Shown here one piece after another: positions 54,568 to 64,000 of a DNA stretch of 64,000 nucleotides. Position 1 is the stretch's first letter. Each line of letters starts with the position of its first letter. Made by a program: the position numbers and the translations under genes. Under the pieces are notes generated by a model. The model had not been told where the DNA came from, ran no database searches, and saw nothing but the letters and a program-made list of their open reading frames with translations. Source of the DNA: Eledone cirrhosa (lineage: Eukaryota); contig CAXHJY010000868.1 in the NCBI GenBank assembly GCA_964016885.1, positions 1 to 64,000 of the forward strand, in the 5' to 3' direction.

Positions 54568-56274
54568 GTTTGTAAATATTTATTATTTTCTATGTTATTT
54601 TATAAGAAGAAAAGTTCCAACTATGTGGCTAAAAAAACCCAGCAATGCCATTGATCGTTAATTTCATTTTTTATAAGAGGAATTTGTAGTTTCCTTGAAA
54701 CATTTTGTATGGTATATAGAATTTGAAGTTTCAAACCTACATCAATGCGAAATAGATGGATAAAGAGGTTCCATGCAACCAGATGTTATGTATTTTACCT
54801 GAATTTATTTATATGTCCTAATACTTCGAGATTAAAATCTCATCTTCTGAGAAAAATAAAAGGGACTAATCCAGTGTTTGATGGAACAGGCTATACCTAT
54901 GTATTAAATATTTCTAATGTTGGTTAAAACAGAAATTTGCAGAAAAGGGTAAAGTTGACTATATGATCCTCAATATTTTACTGGTACTTTATTTTATTGA
55001 CCCCTCAATGATGAAAGACAAAGTTGACCTTGGTGGGATTTGAACTCTGAACATAAAATGTTGAAAGTAAATACCACAAAGTATTTATTCCAATGCGCTA
55101 ATGACACTGCCAATGACCTGCCATGACAATTTCTGTAATAATTGTTTCTATTTTTGGTACAAGCTGAGCAATTTAAAGGGAAAAAGAAAGTCAATTAAAT
55201 TGACTCCATTGCATTACTGGTATTTTATATAATTCAAACTCTTAATGATGAAAAAGTTAAATTTACACTGGCAGAATTTAAAGTAAGAACATGAAAGTCT
55301 GTAACTACATACCACAAAGTACATTGTTAAATTCACTACCAATACTGCCAATCCACCACCCTAGGGTCTCTAATAATAATAATAATTTTTATTTTGTAAC
55401 AAGACCACCTATTTTAGTAAGAATTGTAGTTGATCAATTTCAATACTTCACTAATACTTATTTTATCAACCCTGAAATACTGAAAGATAAAATCAATCTG
55501 CACATATTTAAATACAGAATAAAAATAACATACAACTAAATACTCTACCAATTCTGCTATTCCCCATCATATGATAATAATTATATCAATGATATCTTAT
55601 TAATATAGCAAATGAGAGTTTTATAGGCGAATAATGAGAATCAAACAAACTGTCTAGTCTATATAATTGTTTCTACTTTTGGCACAAGGCCAGCAATTAT
55701 CTCAGTGTATTACTGGTACTTTATTTTATCGACCCCATAAGGATGAAAGGCAAAGTTAACCTCGGCGGGATTTGTATTCAGATCATAAAGGGCCGTAACT
55801 CTTTGCTGCAAGGCATGGCGTCTGACCCTCTACCGATACTGCCGATCCATAGTATATAATTATAGTCTATATAATGTTGTCTAGTTCTTATTGCTGATTA
55901 TGGCTGTAAAAGAATTAAACAAAAACTTCTGGACATGGAAGTGAAACCTAGGATGAAGAGGTCTTAAAGTAAACTTAAGAGAGACCAATATTTTAGTATG
56001 TAAAGAAGAAGGCAGGACCTTGCCATAATTGTGGAAATATCTGTTCTTGATATGTAGAATATAAGAAGGTAAAATAGTATCTATATACCACAGAGGATGT
56101 TATCCAATGGTCTACCAACACTACCACTCCACCCCCTTGGGTCTCCAATAGTAATAATAGTGAAGAACAGATTGTATAATGTTCTATGGTAGCAAGACAT
56201 GGGCCTTAAGTGACAAAGATTAACCATAGCTAGGTAGATATAAATTAATAGAAATATTTTCTCATATTTTTCAG

Positions 56275-56535
56275 TAACATTTCAAATGGAAACTCCATCA
56301 TCATGTGACATAGAAGAAAGAAGGATGTGGTTAAATAAGGAGATTGTAAATCTTCTGAAGACATATCCAAAAGGTATAGAAAAATCTAATTTTTGGAATG
56401 TTGTGAACTACAATATAGATGGAGTTGAATCAAATGACAGTTATGGTGTGACAAATATGAACGAATTGTTTAAATATTATGAAAATCTTGAAGTTGTCTC
56501 AGAGAATAATATTTCATATGTGAAATTAAAATCAG
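56275..56535 (+). CDS. LOTUS-like exon, copy 8
   Basis: Same splice signals; 1968 bp after copy 7. Confidence 0.72.
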
Positions 56536-58243
56536 GTTTGTAAATATTTATTATTTTCTATGTTATTTTATAAGAAGAAAAGTTCCAACTATGTGGCTAA
56601 AAAAACCCAGCAATGCCATTGATCGTTAATTTCATTTTTTATAAGAGGAATTTGTAGTTTCCTTGAAACATTTTGTATGGTATATAGAATTTGAAGTTTC
56701 AAACCTACATCAATGCGAAATAGATGGATAAAGAGGTTCCATGCAACCAGATGTTATGTATTTTACCTGAATTTATTTATATGTCCTAATACTTCGAGAT
56801 TAAAATCTCATCTTCTGAGAAAAATAAAAGGGACTAATCCAGTGTTTGATGGAACAGGCTATACCTATGTATTAAATATTTCTAATTTTGGTTAAAACAG
56901 AAATTTGCAGAAAAGGGTAAAGTTGACTATATGATCCTCAATATTTTACTGGTACTTTATTTTATTGACCCCTCAATGATGAAAGACAAAGTTGACCTTG
57001 GTGGGATTTGAACTCTGAACATAAAATGTTGAAAGTAAATACCACAAAGTATTTATTCCAATGCGCTAATGACACTGCCAATGACCTGCCATGACAATTT
57101 CTGTAATAATTGTTTCTATTTTTGGTACAAGCTGAGCAATTTAAAGGGAAAAAGAAAGTCAATTAAATTGACTCCATTGCATTACTGGTATTTTATATAA
57201 TTCAAACTCTTAATGATGAAAAAGTTAAATTTACACTGGCAGAATTTAAAGTAAGAACATGAAAGTCTGTAACTACATACCACAAAGTACATTGTTAAAT
57301 TCACTACCAATACTGCCAATCCACCACCCTAGGGTCTCTAATAATAATAATAATTTTTATTTTGTAACAAGACCACCTATTTTAGTAAGAATTGTAGTTG
57401 ATCAATTTCAATACTTCACTAATACTTATTTTATCAACCCTGAAATACTGAAAGATAAAATCAATCTGCACATATTTAAATACAGAATAAAAATAACATA
57501 CAACTAAATACTCTACCAATTCTGCTTTTCCCCATCATATGATAATAATTATATCAATGATATCTTATTAATATAGCAAATGAGAGTTTTATAGGCGAAT
57601 AATGAGAATCAAACAAACTATCTAGTCTATATAATTGTTTCTACTTTTGGCACAAGGCCAGCAATTATCCCAGTGTATTACTGGTACTTTATTTTATCGA
57701 CCCCGTAAGGATGAAAGGCAAAGTTAATCTCGGCGGGATTTGAATTCAGATCATAAAGGGCCGTAACACTTTGCTGCAAAGCATGGCGTCTGACCCTCTA
57801 CCGATACTTCCGAATCCATAGTATATAATTATAGTCTATATAATGTTGTCTAGTTCTTATTGCTGATTATGGCTGTAAAAGAATTAAACAAAAACTTCTG
57901 GACATGGAAGTGAAACCTAGGATGAAGAGGTCTTAAAGTAAACTTAAGAGAGACCAATATTTTAGTATGTAAAGAAGAAGGCAGGACCTTGCCATAATTG
58001 TGGAAATATCTGTTCTTGATATGTAGAATATAAGAAGGTAAAATAGTATCTATATACCACAGAGGATGTTATCCAATGGTCTACCAACACTACCACTCCA
58101 CCCCCTTGGGTCTCCAATAGTAATAATAGTGAAGAACAGATTGTATAATGTTCTATGGTAGCAAGACATGGGCCTTAAGTGACAAAGATTAACCATAGCT
58201 AGGTAGATATAAATTAATAGAAATATTTTCTCATATTTTTCAG

Positions 58244-58504
58244 TAACATTTCAAATGGAAACTCCATCATCATGTGACATAGAAGAAAGAAGGATGTGGT
58301 TAAATCAGGAGATTGTAAATCTTTTGAAGACATATCCAAAAGGTATAGAAAAATCTATTTTTTGGGATGTTGTGAACCATAATATAGATGGAGTTGAACC
58401 AAATCACAGATATGGTGTTAAGAATCTAAAGGAATTGTTTGACATTTATGAAAATCTTGAAATTGTCTCAGAGAATAATTTTTCGTATGTGAAATTAAAA
58501 CCAG
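58244..58504 (+). CDS. LOTUS-like exon, copy 9 (diverged 3' half)
   Basis: Acceptor tttttcag and donor CCAG|gtttgt at 58504/58505; 261 nt. The intronic TAA after the donor is lost, which explains the longer 150-aa ORF call. Confidence 0.75.
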
Positions 58505-58770
58505 GTTTGTTAACATTTATTACTTTCCATGTTACTTTTATACGAAGAAAAGTTCCAACTATGTGGCTAAAAAAAACAGCAATGCCATTGATCGTTAATT
58601 TCATTTTTTATAAGAGGATTTTGGCCTACCAACACTGCCACTCCACCACCCTTGGGTCTCCAATAGTAATAATAGTAAAGAACAGATTGTATAATGTTCT
58701 ATGGTAGCAAGACATGGGCCTTAATTTAGGTATATATAAATTAATAGAAATATTTTCTCATATTTTTCAG

Positions 58771-59028
58771 TAACATTTCAAATGGAGACTCCAGCATCAC
58801 TGATAGAAGAGAAGAGAAAGTCATTAAATCAGCAGATTGTAAAACTCCTGAAGATATATCCAAAAGGTATAAAAAAACGCCTCTTTTGGAATACTGTTAT
58901 GCAAAAAATAAAAGGAGTTGAATCAAATGACAGTTATGGTGTGACAAATATGAACGAATTATTTAAATATTATGAAAATCTTAAAGTTGTCTCAGAGAAT
59001 AATATTTCATATGTGAAATTAAAATCAG
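58771..59028 (+). CDS. LOTUS-like exon, copy 10 (258 nt, diverged 5' half)
   Basis: Acceptor ends at 58770 and donor TCAG|gtttgt follows 59028. It is one codon shorter than the others, with the frame preserved. Confidence 0.75.
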
Positions 59029-59588
59029 GTTTGTAAATATTTATTACTTTCCATATGTTACTTTTATACGAAGAAAACTTCCAACTATGTGGCTAAAAAA
59101 CAACAACAATACCATTGATTGTTAATTTCACTTTTCTATATTTTATGTATTAAATATTTGTTATTTTCATAAAAGGACAGAAATATGGGGTAAGGGGTAA
59201 AGTTGACTATTTCATCCTCAATATTTTACTGCTACTTTATGTTATTGACCCCTCATTGACGAAAGACAAAGTTGACCTTGGTGGGATCTTAACTCTGAAC
59301 ATAAAAAGTTGAAAGTAAATACCACAAAGTATTTATTCCAATGCGCTAATGATACTGCCAATCACCTGCCATGACATTTTATGTAATAATAAAAATGATC
59401 TCTTTTGAAAAGGCACAATTGAATTCACTACATAGTAGAATAAATGGTGAAGTTGTTGCTGTCAGGATTTGATAAGGAGGGGAAACAGACAACTGTATGA
59501 CATTAATTAACTCAATTGCTTTTCCATTTCTTCTAACTGTGGGCTATAATATTAATAACAATTTCTTACATTGATACTAGATCACCTA

Positions 59589-59675
59589 TCATATGTGAAG
59601 TTAAAATCAAGTTTGTAAATATTTGCTACTTTCTATATGTTACTTTTGTGAGGATAAAAATCCCAACTGTGTGGG
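59589..59675 (+). pseudogene. Relic 3' end of an additional LOTUS-like exon plus the start of its intron
   Basis: tcatatgtgaagttaaaatcaagtttgtaaatatttgctactttct...cccaactgtgtgg matches the exon end and downstream intron of the array units; the 5' part is missing. Confidence 0.7.
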
Positions 59676-59760
59676 TAAGATTTTTGCTTTGCTCAATTTG
59701 TGCATTTAGTTGACATATTTTTTTCCTTTCATTGAACTGTATTTTTATTTTTATTTCCAG

Positions 59761-61109
59761 GTAATAAAACCAGAATGGTAAATAAACCCAGTTTTGAAGA
59801 TCTTAAAAAGGTCATATGTGAAGTTCTTGATAAACACAGAAGTAAAATAAAACGTGAACATTTTTGGAATAAAGTGGCTGAGAGGCAAGGACATGTTATC
59901 AACCCTAAAGATTATGGTTTCAATAATTTATATGAATTACTGAAACAACTTTCTGATGTGCTGATAGAGGTGGCTGAAAAGAATGAACTATATGTAAAAA
60001 AGAAAACTTCAAGTGATTCCAATAAACCATCTGCTGAGAAAAGCTCATCCTACTTAGGAGACAACATATATAATTTTCCATCACTTAATGAAACTATACA
60101 AAGTGACCCATCAAAACCATCTCTAGTTGAAATTAGACAAAGATTCTGTGACATTGTTGTGAACTCACCCCAGGGTTTATCACTGCAGCTATTGATGGAA
60201 TTCTATAATAGAAAATATCAAAAGTCACCATTTAACTTTCAAGATTATAATGTCAGTAATTCTGAAGAATTTTTTAAGTTGCCTGAATTTCGATGTTTTA
60301 ATGTTTTAATACAGAACAATACAATAATGGTTTATTTAAAAGGACACAATTCTTCCCAAAATATGTTTCCGTTAGTTAATCAAATGCAAGCTCCTAAATG
60401 GGGTGAACCAGCATTCCCCCTCAGGCAACAACCTGTTCCTAATTTACAACATGTTACTGATAGTTTTCATCTTGCTCCTTTTTCCAAACTCCCTCCACCA
60501 AAAACAAATGAAAAAGAAATTGTAATACCTCCCTTAAATATTGCTCCTGGGGAGACACTGTCTAAAGAACAGCTTGATAAAATAGCCAAAGAATGTATTG
60601 AAATACTTGCTGATAATAAGGAATATGTATCTGCTCAAGCTATTGAAAATCTTTTCCTTAAACGTCTTAGAAAGAGAAATATGCGTGAAGTTGGTATCCG
60701 TAATTTAGATTATTTGCCTTCAGTTCATGAGCATAACCGTATGGCATCTAAAGTAAATGCTTATATTCAAGCCTTTGTGACAGTTCGGTCTGTATGCACA
60801 CTGAAAGAACTAGAAGAATGTGTTACACTTTATGTGAACGAAAGCAATTCCTTTCAAAGTTTAAAACTGGGTCCTTTTCATAAGATGCAAATTATTTTTG
60901 ATTTGTTTAAATTTCCTCCTGGTGAAGAAAGCTACCCAGACCTTACTACAATGGATATTTTAGATAATATAAGAAATTTCCTTAATGAGAATAATTGGTA
61001 TAAGAAACACGAAATGCCAGAAGTTATGTCTTATTTGACAAAAGCTTTTTATTACAATGATCCATTTCAACTTGGGATTCGCTTGAAAAGCCTCCCACTT
61101 GCTATTGGG
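59761..61109 (+). CDS. Large exon of a NO VEIN (NOV)-like protein: two LOTUS-like domains, a Pro-rich linker and a NOV N-terminal-like region
   Basis: Strong polypyrimidine acceptor (ttttatttttttatttccag, phase 1) and donor GGG|gtaagg (phase 0); 452-aa ORF. EYVSAQAIE...LPSVHEHNRMASKVNAYIQAFVTVRSVCTLKELE...FQSLKLGPFHKMQIIFDLF resembles, from memory, the NOV N-terminal motif VSAW...KINAFIHCFVGVRRITSLYDLE...FEELELGPL. Confidence 0.85.
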
Positions 61110-61216
61110 GTAAGGATATCTTTGTTTATTTAAATATTGGAATTGTTTTACCTATTTTTATTCCAGTGTTAATTCTTTCTATTTTAAATACATTTATACA
61201 ATGTCATCTGTTACAG

Positions 61217-61670
61217 GTCTTAAAACGTGCTCAAAAAGATGATTCAGCCCTTACCAGGAAAGTCTTTGATGATATGAAGTTCAAATTAACTGAAGAAATA
61301 CAAAGCGCTTTCAATAAATTCCGTGGCTATATTCTTGCAACAAAACAAAATGAAACATATTTGAAGAAGCACTATGCTAAAATGTCAGCTGATGCTGCTC
61401 TAAAAGAGATATTTGAACGGCTGTGCTTGTTGCTTGAAAATTATGAACCTAGAACTATATTTGAACAGAAACAAAAAAGAAAATTTATAGAGATTTCTAA
61501 TAATTTCTTTCAGCAAATAAGTAGTCATGATCTAGCTAAGACTGTGTTTCATGTTGCTATTTGTGTCACTACTACTGAACTACAAGCAATTACCCTGGAA
61601 TTCTTAAAGCCAAGATCTCAGCCCTCAACTGATCACTCTAACAAAGTTAAAATTCCTCCTCCTCGAAAAG
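61217..61670 (+). CDS. Next coding exon of the NOV-like gene (helical region)
   Basis: A 107-nt intron (61110-61216, gtaagg...ttacag) joins in phase 0 (LPLAIG|VLKRAQ). Donor AAAG|gtaaga at 61671 (phase 1). The gene continues past the window. Confidence 0.85.
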
Positions 61671-62239
61671 GTAAGATTTTGAAATATGATTTTAATAGGG
61701 CAACTTCTAAATTTTTAACTATTGTTATTGTTAGGTGCCTATAGCCCTGATTCAACTATATACTACTTCTATATATTAACTGTGGACTATTTTCCTACTA
61801 AAATTGAGAGGAGAGTTGGCTGTCTAGATAGAATACTAGACAACTAGGTAAGAGATTGTTTGCATCTTGGCATTGTGTCCACTACAAAAACTCTGATGTA
61901 TTTCTGCTTGAAATTCTACAAACTCACACAATAAAATGAGTTATCTTTTGCCTTGTGTCAAAGAAGCCTTTTAAAACATTTATTGATAAACATCTTGTGG
62001 ATAAACATGTCCTAATGATTCAATTTTAACAATTTCTATGCAGTTTTTAGGAGATATAATAAATGCTGTAGAAATAATTTTGTTTGCTTCAGAATGTAAT
62101 ATATAATTTGTTTTATAAAACCTGTTCTTAAAATGTAACGGAAACAAAAAATAATATTGATGTAGAAAACCAGCAGTATGAAATATGAATGCATACAACA
62201 AACAAGAAATTAAATATTAAGGTAAAAATAAAAAACGGT

Positions 62240-62570
62240 GGCATGTACCCCATCACAGTAGGTAATGTCTTCTGGAGGCTTGCAACTAAGATCATCTGCA
62301 AGTCTATTGCACCAGAGATAGGTGTGGAACTCAGCCCAGTGCAGCTGGGGGTCGGTGTGGCCAGCAGGTGCGAGGGACCTGCCCACACTGCTAAACAGTT
62401 CATTCCAAACTCTCTTCCCAAGCCGGTGCCAATTGATCCTAGGATCTCATTGTCAAACTTGACATGAGAAATGCCTTCAATTGGTTGCGCCTTGCCTCAG
62501 CCGTGCCTTGTCTACCAACTCACTGGCCTACCTGCTATATGGGTCCCCAAGCATGCTCCTCACTGCATAC
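62240..62570 (+). mobile_element. CRE/NeSL-like RT N-terminal fragment
   Basis: PITVGNVFWRLATK...SPVQLGVGV...CEG..H, then KLDMRNAFN. Confidence 0.75.
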
Positions 62571-62727
62571 AACAATTACTCTTTAATTGGTATATCCAGT
62601 GTTTCATATAGCTCATTTAATATATAAATATTAGCTAGACAATGGTGTATTTACAAAACACAGTAGGTGTTGTAGGAAAGAAGTATATTTTTTTTAATGA
62701 TTTGCCCTATCTCTATTCAATTTTAGA

Positions 62728-64000
62728 GTCCTGAAAGCCCAGTGATATTTATATTATGGCTTCAATCTCAGGATAAAGTGGGAAGCATTGGTGCATAAGG
62801 ATGTCAGGACAAAATATGCAGATACTATTGCATTCAAATTCATAGAACTCCCTGAGCAAACTGAGGACGTTGGGACAGAGTGGAGATTGTTCAGTACAGC
62901 AGTGTCTGCTTCAGCTGTTAAATGCTGCGGGTGAAAGAGGCTTGGTGTGATGTCGGATGGCAGGAAGACTCTTTGGTTCAATCAAGAAGTCAAAGATGCC
63001 ACCCAAGAAAAGAAGAAGGCTTACAAAGCTTAACTTGGAAGTAAGTTAAGTTGGAATCTGACTTCAGATCAGCAAATAAAGTGTTCTAGCAGACCATCCA
63101 CCAACTTCATATTAAGAAGCCCTCCTCCACACCTGCTATCAAGAACACGTCTGGGGTTCTCATCTCTTCAGATAGGTGCATCCTCGCGAGGTGGAGATAA
63201 TACTTTGCTGATCTCCTAAACCTGATCACAACAGCATCTTTGGATGTACACAAGGAGCATCTGGGAACATGACTAATCTCTCAGAGGCTGAGGTCACAAG
63301 AGCAGTTAAAGAGCTCAAATGTGGCAAAGCTGCTGGAGAAGATGAAATCTGGCCTGGGGTGTTAAAAGCCTTAACTAAAGAAGGTATTTTGTGTTTGACT
63401 CCTTTGTGCTAGGTGGCCTGGATCTCTGGAAAGACACCTAAGCAATTGGGAGTCTATGCAAAATGTCTTGCAAAGAGATTCAGGGAGATTGTCGAGTCCA
63501 AGCTAGCTGATAAACAGTGTGGTTTTCACTCAGGACAGCAGAGCCAACTAAATATTCACACTGCAGCAAGTATTCAACAAATTATTGGAGTATTGCCAAG
63601 AAGTATATTTTCTTTTGTCGACTTCGAGAAGGCATATGACCATGTTCCTCAGGACCTACTGTGGAAGGCTGTGCAGGAGTATGGGATTGATGGTCAGCTT
63701 CTTGCTGCCCTGATGTCTTTATATGAATGACCAAGTACTAGTGTTTGGATAAATAGTGCTAAATCGAAACCATTCAATGTGGGAGTCAGACTCCACCAAG
63801 GGTGCATACTGTCACCTCTCCTGTTTATTATTTACATGAACAGGATTGACATGCACAGCTGGGTTGGAAGTGGTATCACAACTGGCAGGTGTAAAATCAG
63901 TCAGCTGGAATTTGAAGATGACTTAACTTGACAGATGATCTTCAACTTGCACTTGATAGGTTTGATGCCAAGTGCTGCTTGGTTGGAATGAAAATCAGGG
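62728..64000 (+). mobile_element. Degenerate RTE-clade LINE in the NOV-like intron
   Basis: GKAAGEDEI, QCGFHSG, FVDFEKAYDHVP, GLHQGCILSPLLF and FEDD-like motifs; many stops. Confidence 0.85.

Larger units (their letters stand above)
42290..59390 (+). repeat. Tandem segmental array of exon+intron units, about 1968-bp period, 10 exon copies
   Basis: ORF starts at 42320, 44041, 46457, 48414, 50382, 52350, 54318, 56286, 58255 and 58782 give spacings of 1721, 2416, 1957, 1968 x4, 1969 and 527. The central units are nearly identical. Confidence 0.97.

Noticed and set aside
42796-57507. Recurrent ORFs MKVCNYIPQ..., MRNRWIKRF... and MTFFFPLNC... in each unit
   Set aside because: They recur only because the intron is duplicated. 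Two overlap SINE relics, one is disrupted in unit 2, and none shows a domain pattern.
42320-59036. Ten independent single-exon 85-aa genes
   Set aside because: Not preferred as the primary model. Each ORF is bracketed by a conserved acceptor and a donor in phase with the downstream exon, and copy 9 lost the stop but kept the donor. It is retained only as a possible isoform.

Overview
Repeat-rich, AT-rich animal genomic DNA. The SINE families and microsatellite content suggest a cephalopod (octopus-like), which is an inference. Positions 1-42 kb are mostly transposon debris and satellites: a near full-length but frameshifted CR1/L2-type LINE with a PHD-finger ORF1, fragments of RTE, R4/Dong, CRE/NeSL, Tx1 and Penelope elements, many tRNA-derived SINEs, MITEs, a CA-rich minisatellite facing a TG-rich satellite, and an unusual density of local inverted duplications, some carrying hammerhead-ribozyme-like motifs. 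The main signal starts at 42.3 kb on the + strand. Ten tandemly duplicated, symmetric phase-1 exons (261 nt; the last 258 nt; about 1968-bp period) each encode one LOTUS/OST-HTH-like winged-helix domain. They can splice in frame to a 1349-nt exon that encodes two more LOTUS-like domains and a region resembling the N-terminus of NO VEIN (NOV)-family proteins, then to a 454-nt exon. The gene continues beyond the window. The result is a candidate NOV-like gene with an expanding, recombining array of up to 12 LOTUS-like modules. All domain calls come from reading motifs by eye, not from database searches.
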